64,000 nucleotides of DNA from an uncultured Verrucomicrobiae bacterium (GTDB taxonomy: Bacteria > Verrucomicrobiota > Verrucomicrobiia > Chthoniobacterales > UBA10450), in the NCBI GenBank assembly GCA_963756875.1, contig CAVWPA010000001.1:1-64000 (forward strand), in the 5' to 3' direction. Below, piece after piece: positions 1-12,977 of the stretch (its first letter is position 1; each line of letters begins with the position of its first letter). The notes under the pieces are model-generated. The model was not told the origin of the DNA. It searched no databases and saw nothing but the letters and a program-made list of their open reading frames with translations. The translations under genes were made by a program, and so were the position numbers.

Positions 1-27
1 GCCGGACGCGGGTCGTCGCCTACCGCC

Positions 28-776
28 TCACATGAACGCGCCGCCGTTGACGCCGATCTGCTGGCCGGTGATGTAGTCGCCGTCGGCGACGAGAAAGAGC
101 ACCGCCTTGGCGATCTCCTCCGGGCTGCGCAAAGCGGGCCAGCGGGATCTTCGCCTTGATCTGCGCCTGCAGACGCGGCCGGCACGGCGTTGAACATGTC
201 GGTCTCGGTGTAGCCGGGCGACACCGCGTTGACCGTGATGCCGTAGCGGGCGAGTTCGACGGCCGCGGTGCGCGTGAAGGCGATGATGCCGCCTTTGCTG
301 GCGCTGTAGTTGGCCTGGCCCATCGCGCCGACCTGGCCGTTCATCGAACGTGATGTTGACGATGCGGCCGTAGCTTTGCGCCGACATGTAGGGAATCGCC
401 GCCGAGGTGCAGAAGAAGCAGCCGTTGAGGTTGGTCTGGATCACCTCGACCCAGGCCTCGTCGGTCATCTTCGGCAGCAGGCTGTCGCGCGTGATGCCGG
501 CGTTGTTCACCAGGATGTCGAGGTGCACGAACTCCTTCGGCCACCTGCGTCGACCATCGCGCGGGCTTCCTTCGGGATCGGCGATGTTGGCCTGGGCGAG
601 GATGGCGGTGCCGCCGAGTTCGTTGATTTCTCGGCCACTTCCTGCGCCTTGGCGTCGTTGCTGGCGAAGTTGAGCGCCACCTTGGCGCCTTCGCGGGCCA
701 GTTCGAGTGCGATCGCGCGGCCGATGCCGCGCGAGGCGCCGGTGACCAGCGCCGTTTTTCCTTCGAGTCGTCCCAT
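28..776 (-). CDS. SDR-family oxidoreductase (acetoacetyl-CoA reductase PhaB / FabG-like), frameshifted
   Basis: TGASRGIG Rossmann motif, [23 protein letters not shown]-terminus; split over several frames; directly downstream of a thiolase. Confidence 0.85.
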
Positions 777-835
777 GGGAGTATCTCTCCTTGCTGTCTG
801 AGTTGGTGGTCAGCTGTGCGTCGGCGGACTAGCAT

Positions 836-2024
836 CTACATGCGTTCGAAGATCGCGGCGATGCCCTGACCGCCGCCGATGCACATGGTGACCAGCGCGC
901 GGTTTGCCGCCGGTGCGCTTCAACTCGTAGAGCGCCTTGACGTCAGGATCGCGCCGGTGGCGCCGATCGGGTGGCCGAGCGAGATGCCGCTGCCGTTGGG
1001 ATTGGTGCGCTCCGGCGGCAGTTTGAGTTCGCGGCACACGGCCAGCGCCTGGGCGGCGAAGGCTTCGTTGACCTCGAACACGTCGATGTCGTCGAGCTCG
1101 AGGCCGGTTTTCTTCAGCAACGCTTCTGCACGGCCGGCACCGGGCCGATGCCCATGTACTTCGGGATCAACGCCGGCATAGGCGTAGTCGACGAGGCGGC
1201 CGATCGGCTTCAGCCCGCGCTTCTCGGCGCAGCTTGCGCTCCATCAGCACCACGGCCGCGGCCGCGTCGTTGATGCTGGAGGCGTTGCCCGGCGTGACCG
1301 TGCCCTTGGGATCGAACACCGGTGGCAGCGCTGCCGAGCTTTTCGACCGTGACGCCGCGGCGCACGGTCTCGTCGACCTCGAACGGAATCTTCGTCGCGC
1401 TTGACCTTGATCTCGACCGGCACGATCTGCGCCTTGAAGTAGCCCTTGTCGATGGCGGCGGCCGCGCGGCGGTGGCTCTCGACCGCGAGCGCGTCCTGGT
1501 CCTCGCGCGAGATCTTGTACTTCTTCGCGACGTTTTCCGCGGTGACGCCCATGTGGACGTCGTCGAACGGATCGCTGAGCGCGCCGACCATCATGTCGAT
1601 CATCGTGGTGTCGTTCATGCGCGCGCCCCAGCGCATCGCCGGCGACGATGTAGGGACTGCGGCTCATGTTCTCGGCGCCGCCCGCCACGGCGGCGTCGGC
1701 GTCGCCGAGCATGATCGTCTGGGCCGCGGTGATGATCGCCTGCAGGCCGCTGCCGCACAGGCGATTCAACGTCAGCGCCGGCACCTCGTGCGGCAGCCCG
1801 CCTTTCACGCCGGCCACGCGCGCGAGATAGTGATCGTGCGGGTCGGTGTGGATGACGTTGCCGAAGACCACGTGGCCGATGTCTCGCCGGCGCGATGCCG
1901 GCCCGCTTCATGGCTTCCGCACGCAAAGCGCGGCAAGTTCACTCGGCGGAGTGTCTTTCAGGCTCCCGCCGTAACCACCGATGGCGGTCCTCACGCCACT
2001 GAGCACCACGACTTCACGCGACAT
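836..2024 (-). CDS. bktB: Beta-ketothiolase (acetyl-CoA acetyltransferase, BktB-like), frameshifted
   Basis: N-terminus [33 protein letters not shown] catalytic Cys, [16 protein letters not shown] motifs; GGAGG RBS. Confidence 0.88.
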
Positions 2025-2264
2025 GACTGGTACCTCCCGTAACTTGTGTTCGCTGGTTGGTCCCTCGAACCCCAGGACCGCAGGGACGCAGCTCCGCGAG
2101 ATCAGGCGAACCGGGGTGCACGGCAAGTCGGCCGGTCGCCAGTCGCCTTTTCACAGCGGCTGCCATCGTAGGCGTGTGATGCCGCTTGCGCCATTGTTTC
2201 CATCGTTGCGCTCGCGGGAATCGCATCCGCCGCTGATCTTGCTCCCCTTCGCTAGGACGGGTTT

Positions 2265-2280
2265 TGCAAACTGCGTACCG
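2265..2280 (-). promoter_or_regulatory. Putative sigma54 (-24/-12) promoter upstream of bktB
   Basis: Minus strand CGGTACGCAGTTTGCA, GG-N10-GC spacing. Confidence 0.45.
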
Positions 2281-2549
2281 CGAGGCGCGGCAAGTGAATT
2301 CGCCAAGGCACTCCTGGCTCATCACGATGGCGCCGCCGGCAAGAGTGCTCTCGCCCGTCGGGGGCAACGTTTTTCCGGCATTTTCGTGCTCTTCGAGACC
2401 CAGCGCTTCCGGAAAAGACAAAATTCCCCGCGGGCGAGAGAGAAAATGCGGATATGGTCGCCCGTTCAGTGTGCGAACCGTGCATATCCGCCGGACGGCG
2501 TGCGAATTCGCACAGTCCGCCTTTCAAACCAAGCCCGGAAGTCAAAAAA

Positions 2550-2626
2550 GTAGGCCGGAATTGCATTCCGGCCAAATCGGCGTTCCGGCGGATGACGCTT
2601 CCGGACGGCTTGAAAATCCGTCCCAC
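2550..2626. repeat. GTAG-type REP doublet
   Basis: GTAGGCCGGAATTGCATTCCGGCC followed by an inverted unit GGACGGCTTGAAAATCCGTCCCAC. Confidence 0.6.
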
Positions 2627-2646
2627 ACAATGCAAATCCGTCCTGC

Positions 2647-3136
2647 TCAGTCCGACTCGATTACCACTTCGGGCAAGTGGGAGCCGGAGAGGCTTGAAGA
2701 GGTGCACCCGCGTGGCGAACAGCCGTTCGGCCAGCACGTCGGCCACACGCCGCATGAATTCATAGCCCAGGGCCGTTTTTCTTGCATAGGGGCGGTGCAA
2801 CTCCTGGCCGTCGAAGACGATCGCCTTCGTGGCCTTGATCGTCTGGGCTGGCGGTCAAGTGGCTCCGCTCCAGGATGGGCGACCAGCCGAGCAGTTCGCC
2901 GCTGGAAACCGTGGTCAGTTGCCGGCAGCCGACGGCCGGTTCGCAGGCCACGACCGAGACATCGCCGCTGATGATCAGGTACACGTTTTGGCCGCGTTCT
3001 GTATTCGCTGAAGATCGTACGCCGGGCTCCGAATTCCTCGACGCGGGCAATGACGCCAATTCTTCAAGCTGCGCGGTGCGAAGTCCTGCAGGAAGGCGAC
3101 TCGCCGCAAGCTCTCCAAAACCTTTGGATCGCTCAT
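2647..3136 (-). CDS. Cyclic-nucleotide-binding (Crp/Fnr-type sensor domain) protein, frameshifted
   Basis: VYLIISGDVS...LTTVSSGELLGWSP...GYEFMRRVADVLAERLFATR; GAGGAG RBS before ATG 3136. Confidence 0.75.
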
Positions 3137-3321
3137 GATGTTCAAACTCCTCACTTGCCTGGGCAGAAGACAGTTGTTCCTGATGCCAAATCTGGTGCAG
3201 TTGCGACCCCAGCCGTGCGGATTCACAACAGAACACAAGGGCCTCCTGCCGACCTGCTAAAGATCATCACGCCCCCGCCCCGGTGCACCTGAAGCATCCT
3301 CCCCGCTGGACGCATCGATTG

Positions 3322-3567
3322 TCAACATGGACCTTTTAATTGTTCCACGTCGAGCGCATGGCCCCACAACAGCTCGTCGTGCTCCGTGCCGAGCACGGCC
3401 GCCACACGCCGTCGCTGCTGGGGGCTGGGGACGTACCGCTGGGCAACGATCGCGCCAACCACCCTGTCGTCCAGGCCGCTGCACGAGATCAGTTGCGCCA
3501 AGCCGATGCCCCGGTGCCGCATCACATCGGAAACGCGGAAGACCTTACGCAATACGTGAGTCACCAT
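3322..3567 (-). CDS. Small XRE/HTH-like protein
   Basis: MRHRGIGLAQLISCSGLDDRVVGAIVAQRYVPSPQQRRRVAAVLG pattern; AAGGAGGT RBS. Confidence 0.65.
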   Translation of the reverse strand: MVTHVLRKVFRVSDVMRHRGIGLAQLISCSGLDDRVVGAIVAQRYVPSPQQRRRVAAVLGTEHDELLWGHALDVEQLKGPC

Positions 3568-3633
3568 CGTGCACCTCCTTTCCGAAGCGGAAGCAGGGAT
3601 GACGAGGTCTCGTGTTTCGATACACAATTCGCA

Positions 3634-3650
3634 TGCAATTCGCATGCCCA
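3634..3650 (-). promoter_or_regulatory. Putative sigma54 promoter upstream of the HTH gene
   Basis: Minus strand TGGGCATGCGAATTGCA, GG-N10-GC. Confidence 0.5.
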
Positions 3651-3832
3651 GGCGGAATGGTCCTGACAGTCATCGTCGCCGCGGCGAACCCGTCGCAATC
3701 GTGGCGATTAGGGCGAGTCTCGCGGCCGCCGGCGAACGATCACCGGCTTGTCGCTGCCGACGTCCAGGGTTTCCGGCGCGGCCAGGGCGATTTCGCACGG
3801 TCGCATGCGTAACAACACGCTGGCAGCGCCGG

Positions 3833-4867
3833 CTAAGGCCCCGCCGGTGGCGCATCGCGCTCGTAGTCGGACGTGTATTGAATCAGCGCTCGCATGTAGT
3901 TGCTGCGCTCCAACGCGCCCGGGGTCGGGACAGTTGTCGCGGCTCATGCTGCCCTTGAGTTGCTCGACCGACTCGTATTCGTTCTCTTCCATCCACTGCC
4001 GCAACTCCGGCCAGGAGCACGGCCGATGACCCGGTGCCCTTCATACAGCACGCTCGCCATGATCATGCATCGGCGCCGGCCAGCAGGAGCTTCACCAATC
4101 CTGCACCGATGCATGCCGCTGGTGGCGCCGAGCGACGCCTGAAGCTGGTCGCGCAGAATGGCGATCCAGCGCATCGGCAGCCGCAGCTCATGGCGATTGC
4201 TCAACACGAGGTTGCGGCGTGACTTGCAGCGAATCCAGGTCGATGTCCGGCTTCCAGGAAGCGATTGAACAGCACCAGGCCGTCGGCCCCGGCCTCGGCC
4301 AGCCGCATGGCCATGTTCGGCAGGCAGCTGAAGTTCGGGCCCCGATCTTCACGGCCAGCGGAATCGAGACCGCCTGGCGGACCGTGGCGACCAGGTCCAG
4401 GTACTGCGACTCGACGTCGTGGCGCCGGTCATGTCGGGATCGGTCGGCACGAAGTAGATGTTCAGCTCGAGCGCATCGGCCCCGGCGTCTTCCATCATCT
4501 TGGCGTAGCGGACCCAGCCGCCGGGCGAGCTGCCGTTGAGGCTGGCGATGATCGGGATCGTCACCGACCTGCTTGGCCGATTCGCACGCAGTCGCAGATA
4601 ATCGCCGCGGCCCGGTGTTGTACGTCTTCCAGCTCGGGGAAGTAGGACAGCGACTCGGCGAAAGCTTCGGCTGAAACTCGTAGAGCGCGTGGATCTCGTG
4701 CTCGTCGTGGTCGATCTGCTCCTCGAACAGCGACGGCAGGACGGCCGCGGCGGCCCCGCCTCTTCGAGCCGGCAGAGCGTGTCGAGGTCGCCGGTCGAGC
4801 GGGCCGGCCGAGGCACAGCGGGTTCTTGAGCGTCAGGCCCAGGTATGTGGTTGTCAGGTCGACACGT

Positions 4868-4872
<5 letters not shown>
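3833..4872 (-). CDS. Dihydroorotate dehydrogenase-like flavoprotein (PFOR-associated), frameshifted
   Basis: [58 protein letters not shown] fragments. Confidence 0.85.
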
Positions 4873-8488
<3,616 letters not shown>

Positions 8489-8549
8489 GAGACACCCCCT
8501 TCTCCGCAGACGTCGATCCAAGAGCCAGACCGACACGCCCCGCCCAGGG

Positions 8550-8566
8550 TGCAAGTCGGGTGCCAA
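8550..8566 (-). promoter_or_regulatory. Sigma54 promoter upstream of PFOR
   Basis: Minus strand TTGGCACCCGACTTGCA, near-consensus TGGCAC-N5-TTGC, about 60 nt before the GTG start. Confidence 0.7.
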
Positions 8567-8890
8567 CGCGCGCCCACCGCTCGGGTCGACGCAATCCGCA
8601 GGGCCGCGCCACAAGGCGAGAACGACCGAAAACGCCTGCGATTCGCGCCGCCGGCCCTCGCCGCCGCCGGCAATTCACTTGAGACATGGAGCGGCGCTCG
8701 CCCGAAAGGTGTGCGAAATCGCACGGTCTTCACTTCCCCGGTCTCGTCTGAATGTAATCGGCGACTGTCTGACAGCACACCGTACCGGTTAAGATCTGGT
8801 TGGCGCCACTTTTGCGGCAGCGCTGCGAAGAGGGGCGCCGTGAGCATCGGAACAAACCGAATCGCACCCCTGGGCAAGGAACACGGACGC

Positions 8891-9579
8891 ATGGTCACGA
8901 ACCTGCATCGACGACACGCAGAGGCGATCGCGCGGCTTGCCGAGTGCTCGTCTGTGCGAGAACCGGAATTGGTGGTCGAGAACCTGGCCGCCGGCCTGAC
9001 GACGCTGCGCAACCTCTTGCTGACTCGCGTGCATCAGGACGTCGAGACCTGGTTCGGGATCGACTCGATGCTCGCCGCCGATGACCCATTCCGAAGAGCG
9101 CCGCGAGCTTTACCAGGCCAAAGTCGAGATCGAGGTTTTCAACGTCGCCATCGCCGCCGACGAGGCGCGGCATAGCGTACATGTCCGGCCCGGCTCCCAG
9201 CCTCGCAGACTGGCTGTTGCAACTCCGCCTGGGCAATGAAATACCCCCGGCGGTGCTGCATCGGCTGGAAGGCTACTGCAAGCGCACGTCGGACGAGCAG
9301 CGGCTGATGTTCGCCTCGATCATCGAGCGCACCGTGCCCGAGGCACTCAAGGTGCCGCTGGTGATTTACCGCCTCTATCCGCAGGCCGTGCGCATCGTTT
9401 TGGCCATCTCCTTCGGCGACACGCTGCGGGCCGCCGAGTTGCGGAACAGCCAGATCGCCCTTCTGCCCGCCATCGACGACTGCCACGACTGCCACGGCCG
9501 CCCTCTACCCAGCGGCGAGAGCTGCCCCGCCTGCGGCAACCCCCTCTGGAAAATCAACTGGCTCTCCGCCGCGGACTGA
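8891..9579 (+). CDS. Hypothetical protein with C-terminal Cys-rich putative Zn-binding motif, frameshifted
   Basis: AAGGA RBS; coding-like codon usage; ends CHDCHG...CPACGNPLW. Confidence 0.65.
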
Positions 9580-9725
9580 GCACTAGGCTTTTTGTCGTTC
9601 TCGCCCCGCCTGGCCTCAATCAAGCGGCAGCGCCGTAGATCCTTCGCGACACATTTTCAGCCTTCCAGCGCACAAAAAACCCCAGGTGGCCCTGGGGGAT
9701 CACAACCGAGCGCGGACACGTTCAG

Positions 9726-9798
<73 letters not shown>

Positions 9799-9938
9799 AA
9801 GGGCCGATAGAGCCGGCAGAATCCGGTTATCTTAGCAAGTGAGCCCGCCGAGACAAGCGGGCCGCGGGGCGCCAAGCAGCCGCGGCGCTGCTCGTGTCAT
9901 CGGCTGCGACGGGCCGGGAACATGAGTGCGAGGTTCCT

Positions 9939-10103
9939 GGCTATCGGCTGTCGGCTATCGGCGGTTTGCGGTTAGCTCGGGAAGGATCGTCGCGGCGCCC
10001 TCGCGGTGGAAAAAGGCTCGAGGTTCAGGGCTCCGGGAATTCAGCTTGTTCATCTTTCGGCCCAGAGCCCAGAGCCCCGCCGCCGACAGCCAATAGCCGA
10101 CGG
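9939..10103. repeat. Heptamer-based (GGCTATC/GGCTGTC) inverted-repeat element
   Basis: GGCTATCGGCTGTCGGCTATCGGC at 9939 pairs with GCCGACAGCCAATAGCCGAC at 10082. Confidence 0.65.
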
Positions 10104-10121
10104 GCGACAGCCACCACGCGG

Positions 10122-10150
10122 TTGACACTCCCCGGCCAGCGGCCTATTCT
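10122..10150 (+). promoter_or_regulatory. Sigma70 promoter of the cimA leader
   Basis: TTGACA (10122-10127), 17-nt spacer, TATTCT (10145-10150). Confidence 0.7.
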
Positions 10151-10180
10151 TGGGAAAGTTTCACAGCGAGGTCTCCGTCG

Positions 10181-10273
10181 ATGTTCTCCGGCCACCGCTT
10201 TCCGATTCGCGCTGCACGGCTGCCCAGCGGCATTGCCGGCGCAGGCATTATTATCGGAAAGATCGGGCCGTAA
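10181..10273 (+). CDS. Putative Ile-rich attenuator leader peptide (30 aa, MFSGHRFPIRAARLPSGIAGAGIIIGKIGP)
   Basis: Short ORF between promoter and terminator; ATT ATT ATC run plus another ATC near the stop; upstream of an isoleucine-pathway gene. Confidence 0.7.
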   Translation: MFSGHRFPIRAARLPSGIAGAGIIIGKIGP

Positions 10274-10302
10274 GGGCATCGACCGAGCAATCGGACAATT
10301 CC

Positions 10303-10343
10303 GCCCTGAGGTCCTCACCAGGATCTCGGGGTTTTTTTGTTTT
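10303..10343 (+). terminator. Intrinsic terminator of the cimA leader (attenuator)
   Basis: Stem GCCCTGAGGTCCT / AGGATCTCGGGGT with CACC loop, followed by TTTTTTGTTTT. Confidence 0.8.
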
Positions 10344-10352
10344 GGGGCTCGA

Positions 10353-10595
10353 GGCTATCGGCTGTCGGCTATCGGCCAAAGGGCTGAGGGCTTTGGGCTT
10401 TGGACTGAACGATGACGTCGCGGATTCCCTTGAGCCGTGAGCCCTTTCCGCGGCGAGGACGCCGCGGCGAAACCTCGCAGTTGACAGCCAATAGCTGACA
10501 GCCAACAGCCAATCCAGCCAGCACGCGGCCGCGGCGGGGACGCCGCGGCTCAGGTAACCGCCAATCGCAAATCGCTAACAGCTAACCGTTAACAG
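10353..10595. repeat. Second heptamer-based inverted-repeat element
   Basis: 24-mer identical to 9939-9962 at 10353; complementary arm GACAGCCAATAGCTGACAGCCAACAGCC near 10484; further heptamer ladder at 10555-10595. Confidence 0.65.
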
Positions 10596-10606
10596 CGACC
10601 AGCCCC

Positions 10607-12289
10607 ATGACTCCCATCCAGCTTTACGACACGACCCTTCGCGACGGCACCCAGGGCGAAGGCATGAGCTTGTCGCTGCAGGACAAGCTGCTCATCACCC
10701 AGCGGCTGGACGAGCTGGGCTTCGACTACGTCGAAGGGGGCTACCCGCTGTCGAACGAGAAGGATGCCGAGTTCTTCCAGAAGGTTCGCCGAGCTGAACC
10801 TGGGCACGCCAAGGTGTGCGCCTTCGGCATGACGCGGCGCCGCGGCGACGCGCCGGCCGAAGACCCGCGGCATGCAGGCCCTCTCGCGGCTCGAAACGCC
10901 CGTGGTCACGTCGTCGGCAAGACGTGGGACTTCCACGTCACCGAGGTGCTGCGGGTGTCGCTCGAAGAGAACCTCGACATGATCGCGACAGCGTCGGCCT
11001 GGCTCGTCGAGCACGGGCCGCGAGGTGATCTACGACGCCGAGCATTTCTTCGACGGCTTCAAGGCGAACCCCGAATACGCCGCGAAAACGCTCGGCCGCC
11101 GCGGCCGCCGGCGGGGCGAAGATCGTCGTCGCCTGCGACACCAACGGCGGCAGCATGCCCGAGGAGATCGCCGACTATGCGAGCCTGGCGAAAGCGCAGC
11201 TGCGCCGTCGCACGTGCCGGTCGGCATTCACACCCATAACGACTGCGAACTGGCCGTGGCGAATTCGCTGGCCGCCGTCGATGCCGGCGCCGTGCAAGTG
11301 CAAGGCACCATCAACGGCGTCGGCGAACGTTGCGGCAACGTTGATCTGTGTCGGTCATCGCGCAACCTGGCCGCTAAAGAAACGCGACGGACGGCCGGCC
11401 TCGCTACCAGGTGCTCTCCGGCCGGCACCTGAGCGGCTCACCGAGCTGTCGCGTTACGTCTACGAAATTGCCAACATGCACTTCCGCCCCAACCAGCCGT
11501 TCGTCGGCGCACAGCGCCTTCGCCCACAAGGGAGGGATGCACGTGCACGCCGTCGAATCGCGTGCGCCGCCAGCTACGAACACATCGACCCGGAAAGCGT
11601 GGGCAACGAGCGGCGCGTGCTGGTCGAGCGAGCTGTCGGGCCGTTCGAACATCGCCGCCCTAGACCACGAAGCACAACATCGCCAGCGACCCGGAGTTGA
11701 TGGACCGCATTCTGGCCCGCGTGGTGGAGCTGGAAAATCGCAGGCTACCAGTTCGAAGCGGCCGAGGCCTCGTTCGATCTGCTGGTGAAGAAGGATGCCG
11801 GGCACGTTCCAACCGCACTTCGAGCTGGTGAAGTACCGCGTCGACGTCGAGAACCGACGCCAGGCCGAGCGGACGGCAAAGCTGATGACCGAAGCCACCG
11901 TGAAGCTGCGCGTCGGCGACGACGTGCTGCACGAAGTGGCCGAAGGGGACGGCCCGGTCAACGCCCTCGACGCGGCCCTGCGAAAGGCGCTGCAGCGCCG
12001 CTACCCGGCCCTGGCCCGCATGCAGCCTGATCGATTACAAGGTCCGCGTGGTCAACGCCGAGGCCGGCACGGCCGCCCGGATTCGCGTGATGATCGAAGT
12101 CGACCGACGGCGAGCGAAGTCTGGGGCACGGTCGGCGTCGACGAGAACATCATTCAGGCAAGGTGGCTGGCGCTCGTCGAGGCGATCGAGTACAAGCTCT
12201 GCAAGGACGACGTGGCCATGAGCGCGAAGTCGACCAGCACCGAGCGACGGCAAGACCGTCGTCGAAATGGCAACGGCAGATGCAGCTGA
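10607..12289 (+). CDS. cimA: Citramalate synthase, frameshifted
   Basis: [61 protein letters not shown] motifs of the bacterial CimA clade. Confidence 0.88.
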
Positions 12290-12977
12290 ACTCAAGCCCG
12301 CGACGGCCGGCAGCGAGTAGCCAAGCGGCATGAGCCTCTGGCACGCTTCCAGCCCGGCCGGCCGACCCCGCGCCCTTTGCGGGCGTGGTGAAGACAGATC
12401 GGTCGGCTAGAACGCCGACTGCCCGCGACGCGCCGCTCAGCTCACCGATGTCGCACCATCCGGACAAGCCGGATGGCTCGCAACCCGCCCGCATCTGTCG
12501 GCACTTGACAAACCCCGAGAAATCTCCGGACAGCCCGGGAACAAATCGGGCCGATACTGCGTCTGTACATAGTATGATCGTACGATCACGTCACGCGGAC
12601 GGTCGAGGAGACGTGTCAGTCGGCATGGCACCGCCCTGACATTCACCGTGCAAACTCGACATGGACAGCCAGCCGGCGAGGCGAACAATGAGAAGCTGGG
12701 AAGTTTCGGCAGCCAATCGGGAACGAGAAATAGGGACTTACGTCGAGGGGCAGTCGCCGCAACGGGCCGGGCAGTCAATAGTGACATCTCGGCCTCCCTG
12801 CGACACAACGACCATATGCAGCAACGAGTTGACGGATGTCAGCCGTCGGCGCGCCGGCCGCCTCGACGCGACGCGGCCCAACGCGTAAAACCGTAAGTCG
12901 AACGTGTCCTTGAGGTCTCGTCGCGAGGTCTCGAGCACCTGCTGCCTTTTGAGTGTCAACCCGTCACGGATGCCGCC

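Noticed and set aside
12640..12800. c-di-GMP riboswitch or T-box upstream of valS
   Set aside because: Only fragments such as GCAAA and ACAGCCAG resemble the motifs; I could not build the required stems or find a T-box sequence
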